Assembly: GCA_964566535.1 (NCBI GenBank)
Contig: CAZMIO010000002.1
Coordinates: forward strand, 62,001-126,000
Direction of reading: 5' to 3'
Source: an uncultured Methanosarcinales archaeon
GTDB taxonomy: Archaea; Nanobdellota; Nanobdellia; Woesearchaeales; CAZOXR01
DNA: 64,000 nt
Shown here in pieces: positions 9,062 through 18,875 of the stretch. The notes under the pieces were generated by a model. That model was not told the DNA's origin. It did not search any database and saw nothing but the letters and a program-made list of their open reading frames with translations. Position 1 is the first letter of the stretch; every line of letters begins with the position of its first letter. The translations under genes and the position numbers were made by a program.

Positions 9062-12000
9062 CTAGATCAATGCCCTTCTCCTCATATAGTATCTTACTGC
9101 AATTACCATTATCACAATAACCACTAATAACTCAATAACAAATATAATCCACTCATTAACACTTATTCCCCTTAATGGGGAAGGTAACCACGCAACTCCA
9201 TCTTCTTTTGCAGCAATTAAGTCTCTACAAGATTGAACAGCAGAATTCATCAATAATGCAGCATCAGCAAGGTTATCCTCTGCTAAAGCATCTTCAGCAT
9301 TTCGCAATACTTCTTCCAACTCAAGACATTCTGGATTCTCTTTGAACAAGTCTTTTGCAAACTCTATTCTAGTCAATATAATTGTCCTGTTCACATAACC
9401 CCTCTTCCTAATATCAAAGTAAATATCTGTACTGGCATTAAGTTCCGGCCTTTCAACCTCTGCATTTACAGTGATCTTATATCTTCCTTCCTCTCCCAGG
9501 GATTTTAAAGTCAAAGTAACGTCATTCTCCTCTCCTCCCCTCAACCTTTCAATAAGGCTGTTCTCCAAACTCACTCCAACATTAGATGAATTGCTTATCG
9601 CACTCAATGCAATATTGTGTAATGAGAGTTTGCCAATATTCTTTGCAACAATATCTATTGTTATTGTGTCGTCCGTTACCATTTCAAATGGTTCATTTGA
9701 AATTAAGTCAAGCCCAACAGGTAAAGTTAGATTCCTTCCCCCAACGCCTCCTCCGCCTCCGCCTCCACCACCAACAGCATCTGCAGTTACAGTTGTAGTT
9801 GTCACCGCAGTTTCTGCAACTAAGAATACCGAAAGGTTCCCTGTTGTACCAGTAATTATATTCTCTGCAGCATCAACTGTAGAACTAATCAAAGACCACG
9901 AGCAATCTGATTGAGAATCACATTTGTACATCACAAGCCCATCCTCATCGTCCAAAGCAGACACAATTGAACTATAATTATAGATTATTGTAATATTATC
10001 CTGAGTAGTAAAATTACTCTTCAGTTCAAACTCAATAACTACCCTTTTACCAGATGGAGCGGTAATTGATTTAGCTATGTTAGTATAATTAAGCGCAAGA
10101 GCATAAGTTCCATTAAGTCCCACGGAATTAAAGATAATTATCGGATCAGCTGTTTCAAATTTAACATCATATTTAGAACCAGCCAAAATAGTTCTGTTTA
10201 AAACGAAAGTCCCATTGTATAAAACATTTTCACCACACACATCTAACAATTTAGTGGATGTAGTCCCAATAGAAGTCAAATTAATTGTATCAGTTCCAGT
10301 AGTATTTGCATAAGATACAAAAGTATAATTATACACTGTGCTGTTCCCCTCAACATCAGTTATATTCGCCTTTAAGGTATAGTTCCCAACTTCATCTAAC
10401 TTATAGAAGTAATCATAGGTATAAGTAAGATTAAGCTTATTAGTGGATGATAAATTAAGTTCAAAGATATCTCCAGATGGAGTTACTATCGAGACATTTG
10501 TTTTCTTAGCTATTGTATCAAGAGCAGTCTTAAATGAGATCTTTGATTGAGTATTATTAATTGCGTATGTAGCATTCGAACATACATAATCCACTGTAGG
10601 CAGCGAAGAATTAAGTTTAGACAAAACTAATTGTAGATCATGAGTAACTGTCTCATTTACAGTATTGTTATAACCTATTGAGGTAATATTAATTACCTTT
10701 GGAGAAGTTGATGGAAGAGTATACAAATAATACCAATCAATGTCATTACTAGAATCAGTATCATTCACTGCCGTATAATTCGTCCCATCTATTTGCACTA
10801 TTACATTATTTACCCATTCGTTGCCTCTTTCTTCCTTAATAGTTATGTTAGTAGCATTTCCTGGGTAGAATATGGTATTATTTGCTGGACTAGTCAAGTT
10901 AATAACAGCTTCTACAACTGTAATCTGCCAATAATCACTATAATTAGAATAGTTTACAAGATCTTTTGCTCTTACCTTCCAATACCTTGTTCCCTTAGTC
11001 AGATTATAAGCCCCATTGATATTGTAAGATTCAGTATTATTAATCAACGTAATATTTGCTTCAATATCAGTAAATGTAACATTCCTGCTTACTAGAATGT
11101 CATATGTCAAATTATCATTATCTGGGTCAGTTGGCCTCACCCATTCAAACGTTGCACTATCAAACACAACAACAGAGTTATTCACAGGCGAAGTCAAATT
11201 AGGTGTAGGAGGAAGTCCTAAATTATTTACAAAAAACGTACGTAATGGACTAGTATTAAGATTTCCTGCAGAATCATTCGCATAGACTCTCCATCCAACT
11301 AATTTCTGATTCAACAAGTAACTCAAATTTACAGTAATATTAAATCCACTACCAATCTCACTTAAGTTAGTATAATTCACCAAAGAACCACTCCAATTAC
11401 CTTCCACCCATATTGTATCCAGCCCCCTATCATCAACAACAGTTACATTCAATCTCAATGTACTATTAGTATAAACAGCAGTTGGCGTTCTATTCTCATT
11501 AGTTATATTAGGGAAAATAGTATCTACAAAGAACGTAAGATTGGACTCATTAAATGCGCTAAAGCCCATCGAATCATTACACCAAACATTCCATATATAC
11601 GCTCCATCACTCAAATTATAAGTCAGATTATTCTTTCCATTAACTGGATCTGTATTGTTAACAACTGATGTCCATGTATCACTAGCATTCACATATAACC
11701 AACATACATCTGGAAGTAATTCATCTAAGGTAAAGTTAAATGTAACATTCCGAGTGTTCACCCAACTAATGTTTGATGGACTAATAAGTCCTACAAAAGG
11801 AGCAGTCGTATCAACTGTAAAAATATTAGTCGAACTTGTATTTGAATTACTTGAGTTATCTAAACAAGTCACATTCCACCTATAGGTGCCATCACCAAAT
11901 CCTCCAACAGTCATATTAGTAGGAGTGTTATTCGCAGATTCAATGCCAGAAACATTAACTAGACTATTTATTGTAAGATTACAAGAAAGGTTCAAATCAC

Positions 12001-15000
12001 TATTATCCACAGCCGTCCAATTAAAGTTAATCGAAGTATTAGTAGTATTAAGACCATCACCCGGATTCAATAAACTAATAGTTGGTTTCAAACTATCAGC
12101 AATATAAAATATAGTTACATTCTCTAACACCGATGTAAAGAGGGAGTTATTAGTCACAAAGAAAGCCCTATATTGAACATATTGATTATCTGTAATATTT
12201 CCAACTCCTGACAAGTTCCCTTGCAAGTTATTGTTAAAATAACTAGAATTGGTGTTGTCAGGTCCAACCAATGTTTCACCTTCACAATCAACATCATTAC
12301 AACTCCTAACTTGGAATGTAACATTAGTCCTAGGCTCAGAAACATTAACCCAACTTATATTCTGCCATATCCCAATAAATCCTAAATCAAATATCTGAGA
12401 CGTATATATTCCTGCCGGTAAATAAGTGTCAATGTCTATAACATTTATTGAATCATCAACACTAGATGATACATATGCATATCCATCTAAAACATGCACT
12501 GCATTAGCTTGCTCAAGTGAGTAAGGTAATGCAGAATAATTACCATAAGAGCCAACAGGGAATGGATTAGACTTATCAGAGACATTAAGAACTGTCAAAG
12601 AGTCATCATCATACGAAGTAACGTATGCAAAGTCTCCTTCTACAAATACATCCCATGCACCATCCAATGAATAAGGTGGTTCACTATCACTGTAATCTCC
12701 AACTGGTTTTGGACCAGACTTGTTGGTTATATTCAATATTGTTAATGAATCATCAGTATATGAGGTAACGTAAGAATAATTACCCAAAACAAATATCCCT
12801 CTTGTACCATCAAGAGAATATGGCAAGTCACTATCAACATACTCTCCAACTGGGACTGGACCGGATTTGTTTGTTATGTTCAATATTGTTAATGAATCAT
12901 CCACCAGTGAAGTTACATAAGCATAATCTCCCTGTACAAAGATAGCCTCGGAATAATCCATTGAGTAAGGTGGTGCACTATTATTATATTCCCCAACTGG
13001 GACTGGACCAGATTTGTTAGTTATATTAACAATATTAAATGAATCATCATTCCTTGAAGTAACGTATGCATAATCTCCAACTACATGCACAGCATATGCT
13101 TGGTCAAAGGAATATGGGACAGCTGAATCATTATAGCTGCCTACTGCAACTGGACCAGATTTATTTGTAATGTTTATTATTGTAAATGCATCATCAGTAA
13201 ACGAAGTTACATAAGCATAATCTCCGACAACATAAACCTGTTGTGTCCCATCAATTGAGTATGGTGGATCATTATCAGTATATTCCCCAACAGGTGTAGG
13301 ACCAGTTTTATTTGAAATATTCAGTATAACAAATCTATCATCACTTAAGCTTGTAGTATAAGCATAATCTCCAACTACAAAAATATCTTGGATATTATCG
13401 AGTGAATTATCATCATGTGAATCATTATAATATCCAACAGGCATCGGATTAACTTTCCCCGTCCTTAAAGTTACATTACCTACACTCATATTAGTGGTAT
13501 TTGTCATAGTTGCATTAATCTCAAAGGAAATAGTTGTTGTACCATTAGTCAAGAACGTCATATTATTAGCAACAACAACCATATTGTTAGCATAATCAAC
13601 TATACCTGAGAAGTTAAATCTCTGTGTATGCTTCCCACTAGTCAGCACCTTAACAGTGTGGTATCCAATAGTCGAACAATTATAATCTTCAATAACCACA
13701 GAACCACTAATCCAGCCATAGTCCAGTGAATCATCTCCACACCTAGTCTCTAAATACTTCAAATCATTCTGCTCATCAACATTACTCCATGTTGTACCGT
13801 TAGAAGCCTCAATCACCAAATCCCCAATTCCAGTAGTCTCAAACATTACAGTCCATTCCCCACCTAAAGTTGGATAACTCTGTACATTCAAAATTGCAAT
13901 TTCAAGCTCATAAGTCTGGTTGCTAAGTGTTGGAACAATCCATTCAACATAATCAACTAATCCATTCCTATTAGTATCGTAAGCATCAAAATCTACCCTC
14001 TCCCTTAGACCATCAGTAATCCAATAAAGTTTAATTGCCCCAACACCCACTTCCTTAGTCAAACTCGTATAAGCAAGTATATCTATATAGTGAGTATCAG
14101 AACTAACAACTATCTTCTTCTTATAATCTCCCCTCCCCTCCTCGGTAGCTTCCGGACCCGGAGTCTCATACTCAATTTCTACTTCCTCAATAAATTTGTC
14201 AATTACAACTTCTGTTAAATCATCTCCCTCATCTAACCCCTCACCACTTTCCATAACACCAAATCCTACCCCTTTACCTTTCCTCTTCACCCTAGCACCT
14301 TTTATCTTCTTTTTGAATCCATTTTCAATCTCACTCACAACAATATTCTCCGCCCCCTCATGAACCTTAACAGTCACATTACTAATATCACTCAATTTAA
14401 CTCGCTTAGACCATTTCACCGGCTTACCAATCTCAACCCTTCCTTTCTTAGTCAAAGTTTCATCTAAAGTAATATTCAACGTAACATTAGGAACAACAAC
14501 TTCCTCAACAACACTATAACTAATTGAATCTATATTTAAAATTCCGCTACCCACTTCTACCCTAAGCCCATAAGAAGAATCGTTCAATCCAAACAGCAAG
14601 CAACTATCTACACAAACATCACTAAACTCAACCTCTCCTTCAATGAATTCAGCATCCAACTGACTAACTGAAGAACTCACAACCTCGGAGTAAGCCCCCT
14701 CAACCTCTAAACTATAGTTAGCATAAATCACTTGTCCAGAAACAATATTATCATTCAAGACACCATACTTACCATAGTTCAAATAGAATGTCTCATTCCA
14801 ATCCCCCCTCTCAGGAACCAGATCAATTAGACTACAACATTCTAAATCCCCATAACATACTATGGTTGATTCTACATTCTCAACACTATAAACCTCATAT
14901 TTAGTACACAATTTATCATACGAAACATCCCAGTTAAATAAACTATCAACTCTAAAATCAATAGCTCCAATCAAAGTCTCCGTACCATCATTATCTTCAT

Positions 15001-15586
15001 CATAAACTGAGTTGTCTTGATATCGCAAGGTAGAGTCTATTATCTTCTCAGCTATTGGCCCACCATCTTCAGTATTATTTATTGGTTCGATTAATATTGG
15101 CTCAATCGTTTTGTCAGAAACATTAGTCTCTGACACGTCGATTATCTGATCATTAGTCCCAGTTCCATTAATTATCGGGACCGTATCATTAGTTAAGGTT
15201 ATATTTGAAATTACCAACCCAGTAATCCCGCCTAACCCCTCATCAGCACTACTACTATCATAAATCAAATAACTCACTCCATCAGTATCTAAATAAACTC
15301 TAGCATTCCCTCCACTACTAATAGATCCACTCAACCGAACAGACTTCAATTCTCCAACATTCCCTACCACCCAACTATAATCAGATGTCGAGTTAAACAC
15401 TAAATAAAGATCATCGGTATAACTACTCTCCTGAACATGAGTTATATAACCAACAACACCTACCTCAGTTGACATTAATCCAAATATCACAACCATCAAA
15501 GGGACTATGCCAAATAGCATTACCTTTGTCAAATCCTTCATCTCTTCTCTTTCAACCCCCCTTATTCTTTTTTCAAGATCTGACAT
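9062..15586 (-). CDS. Giant cell-surface protein (~2174 aa): 7x LVIVD-like beta-propeller repeats, Ig/Fn3-like domains, poly-Gly linker, CARDB-like domain, C-terminal TM
   Basis: ATG 15586 overlaps the end of the upstream HTH gene; N-terminal hydrophobic segment; 49-aa repeats; many NxS/T sequons; C-terminal TM plus RRR. Confidence 0.85.
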   Translation of the reverse strand: MSDLEKRIRGVEREEMKDLTKVMLFGIVPLMVVIFGLMSTEVGVVGYITHVQESSYTDDLYLVFNSTSDYSWVVGNVGELKSVRLSGSISSGGNARVYLDTDGVSYLIYDSSSADEGLGGITGLVISNITLTNDTVPIINGTGTNDQIIDVSETNVSDKTIEPILIEPINNTEDGGPIAEKIIDSTLRYQDNSVYDEDNDGTETLIGAIDFRVDSLFNWDVSYDKLCTKYEVYSVENVESTIVCYGDLECCSLIDLVPERGDWNETFYLNYGKYGVLNDNIVSGQVIYANYSLEVEGAYSEVVSSSVSQLDAEFIEGEVEFSDVCVDSCLLFGLNDSSYGLRVEVGSGILNIDSISYSVVEEVVVPNVTLNITLDETLTKKGRVEIGKPVKWSKRVKLSDISNVTVKVHEGAENIVVSEIENGFKKKIKGARVKRKGKGVGFGVMESGEGLDEGDDLTEVVIDKFIEEVEIEYETPGPEATEEGRGDYKKKIVVSSDTHYIDILAYTSLTKEVGVGAIKLYWITDGLRERVDFDAYDTNRNGLVDYVEWIVPTLSNQTYELEIAILNVQSYPTLGGEWTVMFETTGIGDLVIEASNGTTWSNVDEQNDLKYLETRCGDDSLDYGWISGSVVIEDYNCSTIGYHTVKVLTSGKHTQRFNFSGIVDYANNMVVVANNMTFLTNGTTTISFEINATMTNTTNMSVGNVTLRTGKVNPMPVGYYNDSHDDNSLDNIQDIFVVGDYAYTTSLSDDRFVILNISNKTGPTPVGEYTDNDPPYSIDGTQQVYVVGDYAYVTSFTDDAFTIINITNKSGPVAVGSYNDSAVPYSFDQAYAVHVVGDYAYVTSRNDDSFNIVNITNKSGPVPVGEYNNSAPPYSMDYSEAIFVQGDYAYVTSLVDDSLTILNITNKSGPVPVGEYVDSDLPYSLDGTRGIFVLGNYSYVTSYTDDSLTILNITNKSGPKPVGDYSDSEPPYSLDGAWDVFVEGDFAYVTSYDDDSLTVLNVSDKSNPFPVGSYGNYSALPYSLEQANAVHVLDGYAYVSSSVDDSINVIDIDTYLPAGIYTSQIFDLGFIGIWQNISWVNVSEPRTNVTFQVRSCNDVDCEGETLVGPDNTNSSYFNNNLQGNLSGVGNITDNQYVQYRAFFVTNNSLFTSVLENVTIFYIADSLKPTISLLNPGDGLNTTNTSINFNWTAVDNSDLNLSCNLTINSLVNVSGIESANNTPTNMTVGGFGDGTYRWNVTCLDNSSNSNTSSTNIFTVDTTAPFVGLISPSNISWVNTRNVTFNFTLDELLPDVCWLYVNASDTWTSVVNNTDPVNGKNNLTYNLSDGAYIWNVWCNDSMGFSAFNESNLTFFVDTIFPNITNENRTPTAVYTNSTLRLNVTVVDDRGLDTIWVEGNWSGSLVNYTNLSEIGSGFNITVNLSYLLNQKLVGWRVYANDSAGNLNTSPLRTFFVNNLGLPPTPNLTSPVNNSVVVFDSATFEWVRPTDPDNDNLTYDILVSRNVTFTDIEANITLINNTESYNINGAYNLTKGTRYWKVRAKDLVNYSNYSDYWQITVVEAVINLTSPANNTIFYPGNATNITIKEERGNEWVNNVIVQIDGTNYTAVNDTDSSNDIDWYYLYTLPSTSPKVINITSIGYNNTVNETVTHDLQLVLSKLNSSLPTVDYVCSNATYAINNTQSKISFKTALDTIAKKTNVSIVTPSGDIFELNLSSTNKLNLTYTYDYFYKLDEVGNYTLKANITDVEGNSTVYNYTFVSYANTTGTDTINLTSIGTTSTKLLDVCGENVLYNGTFVLNRTILAGSKYDVKFETADPIIIFNSVGLNGTYALALNYTNIAKSITAPSGKRVVIEFELKSNFTTQDNITIIYNYSSIVSALDDEDGLVMYKCDSQSDCSWSLISSTVDAAENIITGTTGNLSVFLVAETAVTTTTVTADAVGGGGGGGGGVGGRNLTLPVGLDLISNEPFEMVTDDTITIDIVAKNIGKLSLHNIALSAISNSSNVGVSLENSLIERLRGGEENDVTLTLKSLGEEGRYKITVNAEVERPELNASTDIYFDIRKRGYVNRTIILTRIEFAKDLFKENPECLELEEVLRNAEDALAEDNLADAALLMNSAVQSCRDLIAAKEDGVAWLPSPLRGISVNEWIIFVIELLVVIVIMVIAVRYYMRRRALI
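12427..13450 (-). repeat. Seven 147-nt intragenic tandem repeats (49-aa propeller blades)
   Basis: GCATAATCTCC recurs at 147-nt spacing (12921, 13068, 13215); consensus YSxDxxxxxxVxGDYAYVTSxxDDSxTIxNITNKSGPVPVGEY. Confidence 0.9.
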
Positions 15587-16091
15587 TCTTCCTCTTTTTC
15601 TTAGCCCTGTTGTACACAGTCCAGATTGTACTATCATCCCTATTCAACAAAACAGCAATCTCATGATAACTCAAACTAAGCTTATCCTTCAGATGAGAAA
15701 CAATATTCTCAAGAACCGACAGTTTCCTATTCCGTATTACCTCTACCCCTAAATGAAACTTAGACCCCCTACTAACCAAACGAGAAGACAATTTCTTAGA
15801 AGCATTATAGTAAGTCCTACCAATCATCCTAGGGTCCCTATTAGTCAACTTACCAATTTTAGAAAACGTCAACTCACAATTCTCACGTAAATACTTACTT
15901 ATCGTCTCTAAAGCACTTAATTTATCATTCTTAAAGACATCAATAGGAATAGTATCCTCCGGAACCTTCTTCTTTATCGAACTCAGTATATCTTCGTCAG
16001 TAATTCCATACTTATCACCCAAAAACTGTAGAAATTCATCTATTAATTCCTCTTTCGATAACTCCTTAATCAGCTCTTTTTTCAATTCCAT
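15573..16091 (-). CDS. Tandem-HTH (sigma70 region 4-like) DNA-binding protein
   Basis: Two repeats KLSxLExIxxxLxE...LT/SF/YxxIxxLxNRDxxxIxxxYxxA; ATG 16091 preferred. Confidence 0.75.
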   Translation of the reverse strand: MELKKELIKELSKEELIDEFLQFLGDKYGITDEDILSSIKKKVPEDTIPIDVFKNDKLSALETISKYLRENCELTFSKIGKLTNRDPRMIGRTYYNASKKLSSRLVSRGSKFHLGVEVIRNRKLSVLENIVSHLKDKLSLSYHEIAVLLNRDDSTIWTVYNRAKKKRKNVRS

Positions 16092-16092
16092 A

Positions 16093-16190
16093 CTATACCA
16101 TGTAGGCACTAATTACATATTATGTAGGTAATAACATACTATGTAAACACATAATACATAATATGTAAACAATATTAACATATCTTGTAA
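16093..16190. promoter_or_regulatory. Array of ACATA-N-TATGT palindromes (3 perfect, 2 degenerate), putative operator
   Basis: TGTA cores at 16101, 16123, 16142, 16164, 16186 (spacing 22,19,22,22), directly upstream of the HTH gene. Confidence 0.7.
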
Positions 16191-16366
16191 GTCTTCCTAT
16201 TTAAAGATTGTGGAAAAACATATAGAAATAATTACTTCTACAAAGAATTATGCAAACAAATTTTGATTTCTACGATTAATCAAGCAAAATTCTATTATTT
16301 TAACTTAAAATTTATTTAATTATTGGTATTTTTTAATGATCAAACTTCTAAAAGAATTATCCTATA

Positions 16367-17224
16367 CTAAAACCCTCTACTCTTCTCATTCTTAATAATC
16401 TCAGTACCTACTCCCTTATCAGTAAAAATCTCAAGCAACAAACTATGCTTCATAGTACCATCAATTAAATGGGCCTTCTGACATCCATTCTTAACAGCTT
16501 CAACACAAGCCTCAACCTTAGGAATCATCCCCTTCCGTATTACTCCCTTCTGTATCTTGTTCTTTGCAGCCCTTATCGTTAACTGAGAAATAAGACTTCC
16601 GCCATCATATACGCCCTCAACATTAGTCAATATCGTCAATTTCTCAGCCCGAAGTGCAATTGCAAGAGCAGAAGCAGCAGTGTCTGCATTAATGTTATAA
16701 ACTTCATTATCGCTACTAACTCCTATAGGGGAAACAACTGGAATATAATTCTCTTTAATCACACTAGTAATAATAGCAGGATGTATTGATTTAATATCTC
16801 CAACAAAACCAAGAGCCTTATCCTTCTGCTTCACACTAATAAGCTTATGATCTCTCCCAGAAACACACAAAGACTTCCCACCTGCCTTCTTAATATACTT
16901 ACACATCTCCTGATTAATCCCCTCAAATACCTTCTCAACAATCTTCATCGTCTTCTCATCAGTTACTCTAAGTCCCTTAACAAACTTAGGCCCCATCCCT
17001 TCCTTAGCCATAGCCTTATTAACATCAGGACCACCACCATGAACAATTATAGGATTAATCCCCACATGCTTCAAAAGAACAATATCGGTAATGACAGACT
17101 TCTTCAAACTAGGCCTAATCATCGCATTCCCACCATACTTAATTACAACAATCTTCCCATGATATCTCTGAATATAAGGAAGCGCCTCAATCAAAGTAGT
17201 TATCTTTTGCTTTAGAGTTTTCAT
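16367..17224 (-). CDS. argB: Acetylglutamate kinase
   Basis: EALPYIQRYHGKIVVIKYGGNAM, VHGGGP, GLRVTD, NINAD, GMIPKV. Confidence 0.97.
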   Translation of the reverse strand: MKTLKQKITTLIEALPYIQRYHGKIVVIKYGGNAMIRPSLKKSVITDIVLLKHVGINPIIVHGGGPDVNKAMAKEGMGPKFVKGLRVTDEKTMKIVEKVFEGINQEMCKYIKKAGGKSLCVSGRDHKLISVKQKDKALGFVGDIKSIHPAIITSVIKENYIPVVSPIGVSSDNEVYNINADTAASALAIALRAEKLTILTNVEGVYDGGSLISQLTIRAAKNKIQKGVIRKGMIPKVEACVEAVKNGCQKAHLIDGTMKHSLLLEIFTDKGVGTEIIKNEKSRGF

Positions 17225-17392
17225 TTAAATTACCTTTATTTTTACCGTTTTATTTCATTTATTTTTTTCAACTATTGATTTATTATTTTTTAATGGTTCG
17301 TTTTTATTGATTTTTAATTATTAATTGATTATTTTTCATTAATTTATTTTATTGATTAAGTTTTTTAATTATTGATTTATTTTCATTCACCT

Positions 17393-18556
17393 TTAACTAT
17401 GATAATCGGCATTTATCTTAACATACTCTTCACTCATATCACACCCGTAAGCAGTAGCCTCAAACCTACCCTCATTCAAATCAATAATTACTTTTACTTC
17501 CCCTTTCTTAAGACTATTTATAACTTTCTCTTTCTTAAAATCAACTCCAACACCACCATTAACAATCTTCACTCCATTAAAATAAATATCAATCTTCTCC
17601 TCGCTAAACTCTGCCTTTGAATTCCCAATAGCACACATTATTCTGCCCCAATTCGGATCATTCCCATAAACAGCACACTTAAACAAATCAGAACTGACTA
17701 TTGACTTAGCAATCTTCTTAGCATCTTGGGTACTAGGCCCACCTTTAACATTAACCTCAATTAATTTAGTAGCTCCTTCCCCGTCCTTTGCAATCTTCTT
17801 AGCCAAATCCAAACAAACAAAGTCTAAAACATCTTGAAACTTCCCCTCACTAACTTCCCCTGCATTACCATTAGCCATTATCAAAACCATATCACTAGTA
17901 CTAGTCTGCATATCAACACTTACCATATTAAATGACTTATCAACAGCCCTCTTCAACATCTTCTTCAAATTTCCAGCACTAATCTTAGCATCAGTTGTAA
18001 TAAAACCCAACATTGTAGCCATATTTGGATGAATCATTCCAGAACCCTTAGCAATGCCCCCCACCTTAAAACCACCAAAATCAACTGCAATCTCCTTAAC
18101 TACCTTATCAGTTGTCAATATAGCTTCGGAAGCATCAGAACCATCTCCCACAAGTTCGTCCTTAACTCCCTTAATCCCCCACTCAATCTTATCCATGGGT
18201 AAATAAGCCCCAATTAGACCAGTAGATGCAACCAAAACATTCTCATTATCAACATCCAACTCCACCCCCCCTAATTTAGACATCTTTACTGCATCTTCAT
18301 ATCCCTTTTTACCAGTAGCCACATTGGAAATCCCACTATTAATAACAATAGCCTGAGCCTTCCCATCTTTCAAATATTTCTGAGTCAGTACAACAGGAGC
18401 TCCTTTAACTTTATTAGAAGTAAACACCCCTGCAGCAGAGCATAATCTATCAGAATAAATAACTGCAAAGTCTTTCTTAACCTTCTTAATACCAATATGC
18501 TTGCCAACAGCCTCAAATCCATCAACAGCACAAATCCCATTCTTAATAAGTTTCAT
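17393..18556 (-). CDS. argJ: Ornithine acetyltransferase / N-acetylglutamate synthase
   Basis: AKGSGMIHPNMATML, ILTTD, TSTSD autoproteolysis site, DGEGATK, DPNWGRI. Confidence 0.97.
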   Translation of the reverse strand: MKLIKNGICAVDGFEAVGKHIGIKKVKKDFAVIYSDRLCSAAGVFTSNKVKGAPVVLTQKYLKDGKAQAIVINSGISNVATGKKGYEDAVKMSKLGGVELDVDNENVLVASTGLIGAYLPMDKIEWGIKGVKDELVGDGSDASEAILTTDKVVKEIAVDFGGFKVGGIAKGSGMIHPNMATMLGFITTDAKISAGNLKKMLKRAVDKSFNMVSVDMQTSTSDMVLIMANGNAGEVSEGKFQDVLDFVCLDLAKKIAKDGEGATKLIEVNVKGGPSTQDAKKIAKSIVSSDLFKCAVYGNDPNWGRIMCAIGNSKAEFSEEKIDIYFNGVKIVNGGVGVDFKKEKVINSLKKGEVKVIIDLNEGRFEATAYGCDMSEEYVKINADYHS

Positions 18557-18711
18557 TTTAATCTATCACCTTGCATTTATATTAAAATTAAAGCTACGAA
18601 CGAGCATAGCGAGTAAGTATGTTTTCATTTTAAACTATACTTACAAAAACCCTATATAAATATATTGACTTAACCAAAACATTTATAAACATGTTTGTCC
18701 AAAATAAGACA

Positions 18712-18857
18712 TGTCAAAAACCACCGTGCTAAACCATGGGTATGTAAAACATGCCACCAACATATAAGATGGTTTTTGAGCATGCTCAGAATACCACTCA
18801 ATATATTTGTGGTTTACGTAATAAACCACCATCTTTAAGAATGGTGGTATTCCGACA
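18712..18857 (+). repeat. Dispersed palindromic structured repeat, long copy B
   Basis: Same termini as copies A and C; central palindrome TGAGCATGCTCA; extra internal hairpins. Confidence 0.9.
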
Positions 18858-18875
18858 TAACACAATAAACCAAGA

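Noticed and set aside
9062..15586. Diversity-generating retroelement target
   Set aside because: No reverse transcriptase in the window and no TR/VR pair differing only at adenines; the repeats are ordinary tandem blades.
16093..16190. Possible mini-CRISPR array
   Set aside because: Units are 11-bp palindromes with 8-11-nt gaps, far too short for repeat-spacer structure; no cas genes in the window.
18683..18865. 60-aa ORF over repeat copy B (also 4605-4859 and 4615-4905 over copy A)
   Set aside because: Reading frames are not preserved between repeat copies, whereas base pairing is.
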